Positions 16,919 through 26,518 of a DNA stretch of 48,658 bases are shown here, piece by piece. The first letter of the stretch is position 1. Each line of letters opens with the position of its first letter. This stretch comes from an uncultured Acetobacteraceae bacterium (GTDB taxonomy: Bacteria > Pseudomonadota > Alphaproteobacteria > Acetobacterales > Acetobacteraceae). The stretch is taken from positions 1 to 48,658 of the forward strand of contig CAXSEG010000002.1 of the NCBI GenBank assembly GCA_964235545.1, written 5' to 3'. A model generated the notes under the pieces. The model ran no database searches. It was not told where the DNA came from and saw only the letters and a program-made list of their open reading frames with translations. The translations under genes and the position numbers were made by a program.

Positions 16919-19900
16919 TGAACTTCCGCAAGATCGCGGCCGCCTCCAAGGGCAAGCTGCTGCTGCGGTACTTCACGGAGAACACGCCAGAACCGATCCA
17001 TGAGCCCGGGGTAGACGCCGCCGGGCGGCAACTCGACTCTGGGGGACGGCTGACCGCCTACTACACCGGCCGCGACAGCCGGGCGACCTGGCGGACCGAC
17101 ATGCCGGCCGCGATCGCCAGAGCGGCAGGCATCGACGCCCTGCGTATGCCACGGGACGAGGCCATGGCCCGTCTTTTCGAGGGCCGCCGGGCCGATACCG
17201 GCGAGGCCTGGTCGAAGCACCACCGCAAGCTGAGCGGTTTCGACATGGTGTTCTCGCCCCACAAATCGGTCACGCTTGCAGCGGAGTTCGCGGCCACCCC
17301 AGCGGAGAGCGCCGCCATCTGGAACGCCATGGACCGTGCCAACGACCGCGCCATGCGGCACGTCGCCCAAATCCTTGGCTGGGCCAGGAAGGGGGCGGGT
17401 GGCGAGGACGGGGCCGACCCGGGGGCGGTCGGCTGGATCAGCTTCCGCCACCACGCCGCCAGACCGACGCTGCATGTGCAGGATGGCGCTAGCGGGCAGA
17501 CCTACCTGATCGACGCGCCAATCGCGGGCGACCCACACGCGCATATCCACAATTTCCTCCTGAACCTTGTCGTCACCGAGGATGGCAGGGTCGGGTCGCT
17601 CGACACACGGGCGCTGACCGATCCGCGGGTCAAGGAGTTCGGCGCCTACTTCCAGGCCGTGCTGGCGGACGAACTGCGCCGCCTCGGCGCCGAGATCGGC
17701 TACGATGCCGGCAAGCAGGCCGTGGTGCTCACGGCCATTCCGGAACACGTAAGCAAGGTGTTCAGCAAGCGCGACAAGCAAATCCTGCGCAGCGCCCGGA
17801 CTTTTGCCGAGACACAGGGCTTGGTCTGGAACGACCTCTCGGCCGAGCACAAGCTGCAGATCGTCGAGGAGGCCAGCGCCGAAGGCCGCCTGGGCAAGAT
17901 GAAGGCAGACGAGCGGCGCATCTGGCGGGAGCAGGCCAAGGCACTGGACTGGAACCACCGGACTGTGGCGGACACCGTTGAGCACGAGAAGCTGAGCGAT
18001 GCAGAGCGATTCGACAGGGCGTATGAGTTCGCCGCCAAGGAACTGGCCCATGAGTTCCACACCGCGGCCGTGCTCAGCCACGAGAAGCTGGCCATGTATG
18101 CCGCGCGCGGCCTGATCGGGACCGGTATCGCCGGCGGATCCGACGACATCAAGCGGGTCGTCGCTTTGCTGGAGGAGCGCGGGATCCGGCTCAAGGGCGA
18201 GCAGGTGGCGCTGGTCGTGGGCGTGTTCGATGGACAAGTCCGGGCCACCAACACCGCGCAGATCCGCATCGAGGAGAAGCTGGCGGCAACGGTCCGGGCG
18301 ACAGCACGTGACCGGACCGGAGCGCTGCCGGTTCAGGTTCTGCGGCAGGCAATCGCGGCCTCCGGGATCGACTTTACCGCCGGGCAACGCGCTGCGATCA
18401 ACGCGATGGGTTTGGGCGGAGCGCTCACCTTGCTGACGGGCGTCGCAGGAGCGGGTAAGACGACGCTGTTGCAGCCCCTGGTCTCGGCATGGCAGACCGA
18501 CACGCGGTTTGACCAGGGCGGGCGGGAGGTCATCGGTGCGGCGACTGCGTGGCGCCAGGCCGACGCGCTCAAAGATGCCGGCATCGGCCGCACCTATGCC
18601 TTGCACCCATTGCTCAAGATGATCGAGGCCGGTGAATTCAAGACGAGCCGGAACACGGTGCTGGTGCTGGACGAGGTGAGCCAGATCGGGCCACGGCCGA
18701 TGTTGAAATTGCTGGAGCTGCAAGCGCGCACCGGCATGACGGTCAAGATGTTGGGTGACCGGGAGCAGGCCCAAGCGATCGAGGCTGGCGACACGATCGA
18801 GCTGCTGCACCGCTCGCTTCCCCCGGAGGCGCGGCCTGGGTTGCTCACCACCGTGCGCCAGACGACGGAGCGAGGCCGGGAGATCGCCGGCCTGTTCCGG
18901 GAGGGACAGGCGGCCAAGGCTCTCGAGATGAAGCGGGAGGATGGCACCGCGCGTATGGTGGGCGGCGACCGCGACCAGGTCGTGAGCGCCATCGCCGACC
19001 TCTACCTTGAGCGCCGGGACGCCCTGGTCGCTTCGGGCAGCAAGCGCGGGGTCAGCGTGACGGCGCCGACGAACGACGACGCGGCAGAAATCAGCCAGGC
19101 AATCCGGCGCAGGCTGAAGGAGCGCGGCGAGATCGGCGCCGACGAGGTGGTCTATCGCGCGATCGACCAGCGCGGGCAGACCTACGATCTGGCGATCGCG
19201 GCGGGCGACCGGCTGCGGCTGTTCCGGCGAACGTGGGGCATGGCCGACGGCGAGCGCGTGCAAGTCGGGAACAACGGCGACGTCGTGGAGGTAATGGCCC
19301 GCACGGACGCCGGGTTGCGCCTTCGAAGCAAGGATGGTGGCGTAGCCGAGGTGGAGTGGCGGCGGCTGGCCGACGATGCCACCAACCGGTTGATGCTGGG
19401 TTACGGTCATGCCCTGACCATCGACGCTGCCCAGGGCATCACCTCGGACGAGCACATCAATGCGCTGCCAAGGGGCACGTCCGGCGTCACCTCCTTTACG
19501 AGCTACGTGGCCGAGAGCCGCAGCCGAGGCACGACTTGGACGGTGATTTCCGAGGGGGCCGTGTACGAGTCGGAACGGCGGCGGCAGGCGCTGGGAGACA
19601 TCACGCCGATCACCGCCGGTGATCTTTGGCGGCGGGCGGCCGAGGACATGTCGGACAAGCGCTATAAGATGCTTGGGATCGACCTGCTCCACGCTGTCCG
19701 CCAAGATCGTGAGCAGGCGACCGATGCCTTCATCGCGTGCCACCGGGCCATGGAAACCGCGGCAATGGACCGGCCGGAGGCCGGCCATGATGCCGTCAAG
19801 CGCTTCCGCGCCGCGGCGGTCAATGAGAGTCTCGGCCGGCATCTGGCCGGGCTCGACCATGCGCTTCAGGAAAACGCGGCCCTGCTTCGCGACGCCGTAC

Positions 19901-20028
19901 GCGCCCGCGAGACCGCCGAACACCTGCGCGCGTTGCGCGTCGAGGCTGCGGCCGCGAAGCGCGGCATCGATGCTACGGCCAAGGCCCAGCCCCGGCCATT
20001 CCCCCCTTCGGCCGGCCTCGGTCCATGA
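16918..20028 (+). CDS. MOBF relaxase-helicase (TrwC/TraI-like)
   Basis: N-terminal tyrosines (RYF, AYY), FDMVFSPHKSV, HUH motif DPHAHIH, and a RecD-like helicase with GVAGAGKT, VLDE, GDREQ, AQGIT and YVAESR. Confidence 0.93.
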   Translation: MNFRKIAAASKGKLLLRYFTENTPEPIHEPGVDAAGRQLDSGGRLTAYYTGRDSRATWRTDMPAAIARAAGIDALRMPRDEAMARLFEGRRADTGEAWSKHHRKLSGFDMVFSPHKSVTLAAEFAATPAESAAIWNAMDRANDRAMRHVAQILGWARKGAGGEDGADPGAVGWISFRHHAARPTLHVQDGASGQTYLIDAPIAGDPHAHIHNFLLNLVVTEDGRVGSLDTRALTDPRVKEFGAYFQAVLADELRRLGAEIGYDAGKQAVVLTAIPEHVSKVFSKRDKQILRSARTFAETQGLVWNDLSAEHKLQIVEEASAEGRLGKMKADERRIWREQAKALDWNHRTVADTVEHEKLSDAERFDRAYEFAAKELAHEFHTAAVLSHEKLAMYAARGLIGTGIAGGSDDIKRVVALLEERGIRLKGEQVALVVGVFDGQVRATNTAQIRIEEKLAATVRATARDRTGALPVQVLRQAIAASGIDFTAGQRAAINAMGLGGALTLLTGVAGAGKTTLLQPLVSAWQTDTRFDQGGREVIGAATAWRQADALKDAGIGRTYALHPLLKMIEAGEFKTSRNTVLVLDEVSQIGPRPMLKLLELQARTGMTVKMLGDREQAQAIEAGDTIELLHRSLPPEARPGLLTTVRQTTERGREIAGLFREGQAAKALEMKREDGTARMVGGDRDQVVSAIADLYLERRDALVASGSKRGVSVTAPTNDDAAEISQAIRRRLKERGEIGADEVVYRAIDQRGQTYDLAIAAGDRLRLFRRTWGMADGERVQVGNNGDVVEVMARTDAGLRLRSKDGGVAEVEWRRLADDATNRLMLGYGHALTIDAAQGITSDEHINALPRGTSGVTSFTSYVAESRSRGTTWTVISEGAVYESERRRQALGDITPITAGDLWRRAAEDMSDKRYKMLGIDLLHAVRQDREQATDAFIACHRAMETAAMDRPEAGHDAVKRFRAAAVNESLGRHLAGLDHALQENAALLRDAVRARETAEHLRALRVEAAAAKRGIDATAKAQPRPFPPSAGLGP

Positions 20029-20283
20029 CCGGCCGCCATCTTGGACACCATCAGGATATCAGCTTCGGTGACCTTGGACAGCACTTGACCGGCCTGCCGT
20101 TGGCCGTCCCTTCAGGACCAAACGGCCACTCAGAGGCAGGCGCATTGCGCGCGGCTTGCACTGTTCGACACGTCACAGTGTTCGATGGCCTATCTGGAAA
20201 ACGCGAAAGGGGTGTGCAGGCCAACATTACGCAGGTTGAGGCTAGGCCGGCCGTGAACAAGGGTGCCATGTACGAGCACTTGC

Positions 20284-21258
20284 TCACTCACTTGTAACAC
20301 CCGATCGATGCAAGGTCAGATGGAGCTGCCGAAGCGCAGCCTGTTCCACGTCGGTGGCGCACTCGTGCCGTGCCTGCTGAATGATCGCCGGCACCATGTC
20401 GCATCGCACCCATTCGGGACAACGGAACTCGCCATTCTCGAAGCGGAGGACCACCCGGTCGAACTTCTCGCCCATGCCCGGCAACGGCACGGTGTGTTGG
20501 TAGAAGTGGAACCGGTCAGGTCGCAGCGCAGCCCTGCGCTCGCGTGTTGCCCAACCGTTCGCCAGCCGGGATAGGAAGCCGCGGCCCTGGTCGGCGTCCG
20601 ATCCGGAAAGCCCCCGAGCCTCCCGGAAGATACACGTCGCCAGCCACTCGATGCAGTTCGTGACGCTGACCCCTTTGACCTCTGCTTCGTGCATGAAACA
20701 CACGTGCAACCCATCCGTTTGTTCATCAACGGTGAGGAGTGCCCGGGCACCGCTGCCGTTGTAGATGCCTGCCGGATGAAGGTCGCGAGCGGAGAAGTCG
20801 CGCCAATACCGCCTCAACTTGGGGGCGCGGGGATCGGCAAAGGCCAGTATCCCGTCAGGCTGGCGGGTTGCAAGCCGTCCCTTAACGTCGCGCGCGGCCG
20901 TCTCGGCCATGCAGGTCATGCGGGACCACTCGGCATTGACCTCCTCGACCGTACGCATATCGGCGCAGCACGGCACCGGGCATATTTGTCCCAACCACTC
21001 CAGCTCCTCACCGACAGGGAACGTCGTGAATACCCAGTCGGCGTACTCTTGCACCGTGCGGTGATGGGTCTCGAACGATCGTGACCAAGCCTCGAAGTGC
21101 CGGTTAAAGTCGGCTCTCGCCGGTATATGGGCTGCGTCCATAGCGCCCTCCGTTGTGTATAGCCGTCGCATCTCGTCGAAGGCACGATCGCGGTCGAAGG
21201 TCAGACGATCGTGAGCGACCTTCCAGTCGGGGTCATAGCGGATGTTGAGGTGAGGCAT
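20284..21258 (-). CDS. Hypothetical protein
   Basis: 324-aa ORF with normal globular composition, containing a GVSVTNCIEWLAT motif. No family recognised. Confidence 0.7.
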   Translation of the reverse strand: MPHLNIRYDPDWKVAHDRLTFDRDRAFDEMRRLYTTEGAMDAAHIPARADFNRHFEAWSRSFETHHRTVQEYADWVFTTFPVGEELEWLGQICPVPCCADMRTVEEVNAEWSRMTCMAETAARDVKGRLATRQPDGILAFADPRAPKLRRYWRDFSARDLHPAGIYNGSGARALLTVDEQTDGLHVCFMHEAEVKGVSVTNCIEWLATCIFREARGLSGSDADQGRGFLSRLANGWATRERRAALRPDRFHFYQHTVPLPGMGEKFDRVVLRFENGEFRCPEWVRCDMVPAIIQQARHECATDVEQAALRQLHLTLHRSGVTSE

Positions 21259-21331
21259 GTCATGGTCTCTCTGCTTTGGATCGCAATGCGGTCCGCGTTG
21301 TTACGCTGCGCGAATCTGGACAGGATCAGGG

Positions 21332-21751
21332 TCAGCCGGTTTGCGCCCGTAGTCTTCGCCCCACCGGCAGCATCACGGGGCTTACCGAATGCGACCGCAA
21401 CGGCGAGAACCAAAACCGATTGAACTTCCGAAAGGCGTCGCCACCGTCGGTCCGCAACTCGCCCGCCTTGCTATGGGCGCAAAGGTAGGCGATCAACTGA
21501 ACTTCCAGCACGTCTGCCCCAGGAATCCTCTGGGCGTCTGACAGAGACTCCGTCTCGGCCGCGGCCGCGGTGCAGTGGAATGCGCCGGCGATACACTGGC
21601 CGTTCCCAAGCAACACCTCGCCGGACCAGCGCCGGACCGCGCGCTCCGTGACCGGGCAACCGGTCGGCGCATCCTGCCAGGTTACGTCCCGTCCGGCCGG
21701 CAGGAACTCCGCATCTTCCGGCTGCGGCACGGCGGCGGCTTCACTGGTCAT
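21332..21751 (-). CDS. Possible hypothetical protein
   Basis: ATG 21751 overlaps the end of the upstream gene and the ORF fills the gap. No motif. Confidence 0.3.
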   Translation of the reverse strand: MTSEAAAVPQPEDAEFLPAGRDVTWQDAPTGCPVTERAVRRWSGEVLLGNGQCIAGAFHCTAAAAETESLSDAQRIPGADVLEVQLIAYLCAHSKAGELRTDGGDAFRKFNRFWFSPLRSHSVSPVMLPVGRRLRAQTG

Positions 21752-22409
21752 AATGGCGCGGCACCCACATCCAGGCTCCGTCGCGCCAGGCGTACTCGCC
21801 GGGCACGAGCTGACGACCCGCCACATGGCGCAGCGTCGTTTCGGGCGGAACCCAGTGATAGGTGGCGCCCCGCAGCTGCCAATGGCCCGGAAGCAGGGCG
21901 TATGTGGCGACAGGGGCAGTTGGAACAGGCAGAAGGACGGGTGGTGGGAAGAACGCGGCAGGCGGCACCGATACCGGCGCGGCTGCGGTATCGGCTGCCA
22001 GAGCGTCATCAATTGCCCGGAGCGCACCGAGGCGATCCCGGGCTGCGACGAAGCGCCGGGCCACGGCGATGTCCAGCACTGCTCGTTGATCGTCCGAGGC
22101 ATTGGTGCGGGCGTGGTCCAACAGCCGCGTTTCCGCCCGCTCCAGGGCCTCCTGCGCCTCTGCCGTCCGATCGCGACCAATTGCGGAGCGCGCGACCAGG
22201 AGATAGGCCCGCGGTGGATCGGCCGACGGCACCGGCGGGACTAGCCGCGCCGGCGCGATGGAGGGACGGCTATCGAATGGCTCGATGCCGCTGGCGTGCC
22301 CGGAGTAGGCGGCGATCTCCGTTTCTGCCGTCAGGGCGTTACTCGGAACGGGTATGGTGGCCACGAGGACGGCGCCGGCCAGCATCAAGGGAATTGTGGG
22401 TCGAGTCAT
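21741..22409 (-). CDS. Exported protein with YXWGXW-like C-terminal repeats
   Basis: GGAGG RBS, signal-like N-terminus, EAQEALERAETRLL helix, then PGHWQLRGATYHWVP and PGEYAWRDGAWMWVPRHY. Confidence 0.7.
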   Translation of the reverse strand: MTRPTIPLMLAGAVLVATIPVPSNALTAETEIAAYSGHASGIEPFDSRPSIAPARLVPPVPSADPPRAYLLVARSAIGRDRTAEAQEALERAETRLLDHARTNASDDQRAVLDIAVARRFVAARDRLGALRAIDDALAADTAAAPVSVPPAAFFPPPVLLPVPTAPVATYALLPGHWQLRGATYHWVPPETTLRHVAGRQLVPGEYAWRDGAWMWVPRHYDQ

Positions 22410-22554
22410 CGGGGGCAAGTCCTCCGTTGGGGATCGTGCGTCACAGCTCAGGCCGGACGCGGGGTCGGCGAACACGCCGCTGCGCGCCGCCCGACGTAGC
22501 GCGCGTTTGAGCGAGCGCTCCGCTCGGGCGGACGTGGCGAAGGCTGGCCAAGAC

Positions 22555-24900
22555 CTAAGCTGCCCGCTTGAGCGCTGCACGCGCCGTGATCGCTTCGACC
22601 CGATTCGTGACGGCGGCGAGATGGGCCTGAAACGTCACAAGCGTCATCGCCGGCGGCTCTACAGGCACGATGGCGTCCAGAGCCTCATCCCGGTCGCCCA
22701 AGATCGAGAGCGCAATGCCGCGGACGTCGTGCTGCGGCGCGCCCGCGAGCGCTTCGATAGCCTCGATCCGGTGGCGCACCCGAACGTCGACCGGCTCGTT
22801 CGGGTGTGCCGCCGTGTCGGGCCCGGCGAACACGGCCTTGCTGGCCGCTTGCAGCATCGGCGTCACGCTCGACACCGGCATGCCATCCGCCGGAGGAAGC
22901 GGTCGGGCGGGAAGGTCGCATTCTGGCACCTTCCCGACGCTCGCGAGGGCGGCCTGAGCGCAGCCGCGGGGGTCGGCGCCGCCGATTGCTGCGTCGGTGA
23001 AACGCTCGATCAGGGCAGCCAAGACGGGTGATTGCTCCTCAGATCCGCCTTCCCCCAGCTTGCCGCCCTCGATCGTCCGGACCATCCGCGCCAGGTGATC
23101 GACGCGGGCGCGCACCGCGCCGGCATCGGGGGGCAGCAGCATCACGGTGCGGCCCAGCCGCTTCGGGCCGGCATCGCTCACGGAGGCATGGAACACCTTG
23201 GCGTAGATGCGGCGGCCGCCGAACAGGATGATTGCCTCGCCCTCGATGAGGTTGGTGAGGTCCTGCCAGTCCACCCGGTAGACGGTCCGGATTTCGGCAC
23301 TGCGCGCCTCGCGGTACAGCCCGTCGTTGGCTCCCTGGTATGACGTGACCTGCGTTACGTTTGTCTGGCCCGCGGTCTTCTCGAGCCACTCGCGGGTGCG
23401 GCCGGCTTCCTGCTGACGCATGGCGATGGTCAAGTTCGCGTTGCCGAGCAGGGAAGCCGTTTTCTCGCCGAGCCGCGCCCAGATACCCGACACCTCCTGG
23501 AAGCCCAGCATGAAGCTGATGTTGAGGCCGCGGCCCATAGCCAGCATGCGGTCGAGGCCGGACGTTGCGTAGTAGGCCATCTCGTCCAGCACGATCGGAA
23601 ATGGCGCCGGACCCATGCCGGGCTTGTCCTCCACCGAGTAGTCACCTTCCAGGGAGATGCCGAGCAGCTGCGCCATCATGCCGCGCAGCGACGCCACGAC
23701 CAGCTTGCCGAGAGCGGCCAGGGTCGCGTCCGAGTTCTCCAGTGCCGGCAGGTTGACGACCAGGATGCGGCGATTGAGCACGACGTCGCGCATGTCGATG
23801 TCGCCGTTGGGCACTTTGAAGATGTGGCCGAGGCTTACGCCGAGTTGGGTGAAGATCGGCGTGAAGTACATCTGCAGGAAGCCATGTTGCTTGCTCGGCT
23901 CGTCGCCTTTCTGCTTATCGAGCGGCATCGATGGATCGTAGCCGGGCAGCTCACCCAGGTAGGAGCGCAGCGGCGAGATGATCTCTTCCGGGATCTCGCC
24001 GCCGACGTCGATGTCGGTGGTCTCGCCCGTCTCGGTGTTGCGGATGACGGCGATCTTCTCCATCGCCATCTTCCATATCCAGTTGAGCGGGATCGCGTCC
24101 CGGATTACCTCGACGTTGAGCGAGATGGCCTTATGGTCCCGCAACCAGACCAGCACGGGCGCCATGGTCCCGATCAGCGCCACGGCGCGCTCGCGGAACA
24201 CGCCGTTGGAGTCGCCCGCGGCCTGCTCGCCCAATTGCGAGGCGAGGATTTCACGCAGGGCGTCGGCGTTGCCGGTCGCGAACACGTTCCAGGTGTTGCT
24301 GTCCTTGAGACCGGAGGCAACCATGAAGTTGATCACCCGCACGTCGTCCTCGCGGCCGAAGCGGCGGGCCATTGCCAAAACCTTGGCGTAAACGTCACGC
24401 TGCGCCTTGCCGTCGACCAGCACGAAGCCGGAGCCTTGCGCGAGGGCATTTTCCAGCAGGCTCAGGATGGTCGTGGTCTTGCCCGCACCTGTCGTGCCGG
24501 GAATCGTCATGTGCTGGCGGAGGTCGTCAGCCGTGACCCATATCTCGTGCCCCTGGAGGTCCCAGCCGATGATCCAACCGCTTTCGGCCTTCTTGGCTTT
24601 GCGGGTGCCAGGGTCGGGATTGCCATAATCCAGCGTGGCAGCGCTTTCCGGGAGCCGGATCGGCAGCAGCACACGCCGGGTCAACACCCAGGCGGCATAG
24701 AACACGGACGCCGGCAGCGTCAGGTCGAGGACGGCCGGGAAAAGGAACGTGCCCGTCGCGGCAGCGGCCAGCACAACGCCCGACGCCGAACTGCGTAGCG
24801 CCTCGGACAGCCGGGTGGTGAAGGGCCGGATATCCCTGAGAGCCTGGGCGCCGCTGCGCTCGTACTGGTCCTGCGGACCGACGATCTGGCGCTGGATCAT
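22555..24900 (-). CDS. dotL: Type IVB coupling protein DotL/IcmO (TrbC-like)
   Basis: N-terminal TM segments, HMTIPGTTGAGKT, VDGK, RRILVVNLPALE, IVLDE and a long C-terminal extension. Start at ATG 24900. Confidence 0.9.
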   Translation of the reverse strand: MIQRQIVGPQDQYERSGAQALRDIRPFTTRLSEALRSSASGVVLAAAATGTFLFPAVLDLTLPASVFYAAWVLTRRVLLPIRLPESAATLDYGNPDPGTRKAKKAESGWIIGWDLQGHEIWVTADDLRQHMTIPGTTGAGKTTTILSLLENALAQGSGFVLVDGKAQRDVYAKVLAMARRFGREDDVRVINFMVASGLKDSNTWNVFATGNADALREILASQLGEQAAGDSNGVFRERAVALIGTMAPVLVWLRDHKAISLNVEVIRDAIPLNWIWKMAMEKIAVIRNTETGETTDIDVGGEIPEEIISPLRSYLGELPGYDPSMPLDKQKGDEPSKQHGFLQMYFTPIFTQLGVSLGHIFKVPNGDIDMRDVVLNRRILVVNLPALENSDATLAALGKLVVASLRGMMAQLLGISLEGDYSVEDKPGMGPAPFPIVLDEMAYYATSGLDRMLAMGRGLNISFMLGFQEVSGIWARLGEKTASLLGNANLTIAMRQQEAGRTREWLEKTAGQTNVTQVTSYQGANDGLYREARSAEIRTVYRVDWQDLTNLIEGEAIILFGGRRIYAKVFHASVSDAGPKRLGRTVMLLPPDAGAVRARVDHLARMVRTIEGGKLGEGGSEEQSPVLAALIERFTDAAIGGADPRGCAQAALASVGKVPECDLPARPLPPADGMPVSSVTPMLQAASKAVFAGPDTAAHPNEPVDVRVRHRIEAIEALAGAPQHDVRGIALSILGDRDEALDAIVPVEPPAMTLVTFQAHLAAVTNRVEAITARAALKRAA

Positions 24901-24949
24901 AGCTGCACAGGCTCCGTCGACATGACAGCAGATGCTCGCAGGCGGGGCA

Positions 24950-25330
24950 TCACGCGAAGAGCCCTGCCAGGATCCGGCGCAGACCGAACAGCACGTAAAG
25001 GTGCTGGTTGGCTGGCTCCGGCGATGGCTGCATGAGGGTCGGGTTGGCTGGGTCATAGCCGGGGGTTTCGGCAAGATACCGCTTGAGCGCGGCCGTCAGC
25101 GCCTCGGGCATGCCGGCAAGGTCGATGTCGGACCCATCTGGATCGAGCGAAGGCAGCCGGCGCTCCTGCACGATCGCCGTGATCCCGCGCAGGCTGATGG
25201 CCTTTCGTGCATGCGCCGGGGTCGGCTTGAACCCTCTTGTTTGCTGCGCCCAGGCGAACACGGCCTGCAGGTCGCGCAGGAGGACGTCGCCACGCTCTCG
25301 GTGAATGTCGAAGACCGCTGTGGTGTCCAT
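24950..25330 (-). CDS. Small protein paralogous to the internal all-alpha domain of DotL
   Basis: LKRYLAETPGYDPANP...EPANQH aligns by eye with DotL LRSYLGELPGYDPSMP...EPSKQH. The RER and DID anchors also align. Confidence 0.75.
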   Translation of the reverse strand: MDTTAVFDIHRERGDVLLRDLQAVFAWAQQTRGFKPTPAHARKAISLRGITAIVQERRLPSLDPDGSDIDLAGMPEALTAALKRYLAETPGYDPANPTLMQPSPEPANQHLYVLFGLRRILAGLFA

Positions 25331-25339
25331 TACAGACTC

Positions 25340-25774
25340 CTATTGATGCAGGCCGAAGGGATTGGAACCGCCCGGGCTGCTCGGCTGGCCCGGTGGCGGG
25401 ACTACGGTCGGAGCCTGCTGGAGCTGCTGGGTGAACGCTGGCGGTATCTGCGCCGGGCTTGCGGCCGGCCGGGCAGCCGCCGCGCGGGGCGGCTGGCTGC
25501 CTGTCTCGGCGCTGGGCTCGGCCACCAAGGAGGACGGCACGGCGGCCTGCGGCTCGGCCTGAGCGACCTTTGTTGCGCTGGCGCCGGGGCCGGTGTGTCT
25601 GCCAAACTGATAGGCGCCGAACAGCAGCGCGCCCGCGAGGGCCGCCGTCAGCAAGGGCCGGCGGCGGGTATAGCTGACGACACCGGCAGGGGGATCGTTG
25701 GGGAGCGCCAGCATCGGGGCATGTCCGCCCACGATGATCTGGATGTGGGCTCCCTCCGGGATGGTCAACTGCAT
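25340..25774 (-). CDS. Single-pass membrane protein with Pro/Ala-rich tail
   Basis: RRRPLLTAALAGALLFGAYQFG hydrophobic segment. The stop is followed by GGAG and the next ATG. Confidence 0.7.
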   Translation of the reverse strand: MQLTIPEGAHIQIIVGGHAPMLALPNDPPAGVVSYTRRRPLLTAALAGALLFGAYQFGRHTGPGASATKVAQAEPQAAVPSSLVAEPSAETGSQPPRAAAARPAASPAQIPPAFTQQLQQAPTVVPPPGQPSSPGGSNPFGLHQ

Positions 25775-25905
25775 GCGCGCCGCCTTCAACTTCGACTGTG
25801 TCAGGCGGGAGCTTGCCGGGGGACGTTGCGAACGGGATGCGCCAACGAGTTCTATGCACGTGGCTGCGACTGGAGGAGCTGAGGACCGGCGTGGTATGCA
25901 GCGCC

Positions 25906-26268
25906 ATGGCGGCATTGCAGACGGACCCGGCGGACAGCTTCACCCCACGGGAGCGGGACTACATCAGGCGCGAGTTGGATATGTTCTTTTCCACCTATCC
26001 GACCGTGGCTGAGGGTCTCCACCTCAAGAGGTGGACGGGCGGACCCCAGGCCGGGAAGCCTAAAGTGCCGCAAGTGGCGCAGGGCCTCATCGAGCGTGGC
26101 TTTGTTCGGCTGGATGCGAGCAGCCGCATTCCCCGGCTGTTTTTCACCGAGGCCGGACTGGAAGTCCTGCGGCGCATGATGCGCGACAAGCGGCTTGCCG
26201 ATCCGGTGAAGTTCGCACACATCCGGCAGGAACTCGGCATCGACCCAGTTCCGGCCGAGTTGACGTGA
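25906..26268 (+). CDS. Hypothetical protein, possibly winged-helix
   Basis: 120 aa. GLIERGFVRL...FFTEAGLEVLR resembles a wHTH wing. Confidence 0.7.
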   Translation: MAALQTDPADSFTPRERDYIRRELDMFFSTYPTVAEGLHLKRWTGGPQAGKPKVPQVAQGLIERGFVRLDASSRIPRLFFTEAGLEVLRRMMRDKRLADPVKFAHIRQELGIDPVPAELT

Positions 26269-26413
26269 TACGTGCGCGGCCTGGCACTTCAGCGATCGTC
26301 ATCGATCATCGCCGGCTCAGTATTCTGCGTTAAGTCACAAACAAGCCGCGTCACGAGACCACAAGGCCGGCATGACAACGGCCGCATTCGCCGAGACGAC
26401 TGCGTAGATAGCA

Positions 26414-26444
26414 TTGCCGCGTAGCCCAAATGGGCGGTTGGCAA
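26414..26444. terminator. Imperfect hairpin between convergent genes
   Basis: TTGCC...GCCCA-AA-TGGGC...GGCAA, with no U-tract. Confidence 0.25.
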
Positions 26445-26518
26445 GGGCTGATCGATCTACCAATCGGTCCTGAACGACTTCAGACGACGCTTGCCGACTT
26501 GCTCATGACGTCTGTCTA

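Noticed and set aside
16840-19923. 1027-aa minus-strand ORF, and similar long antisense ORFs such as 38803-40356, 3848-5356, 12431-13375 and 10649-11641
   Set aside because: These are shadows of real genes in GC-rich DNA. They have no motifs and lie opposite to, or out of frame with, well-supported CDSs.
26400-26445. Alternative oriT (TAGCCCA and hairpin resembling sequence 3' of the R388 nic)
   Set aside because: There is no hairpin-8 nt-nick arrangement. Its position between convergent genes fits a terminator-like element better.
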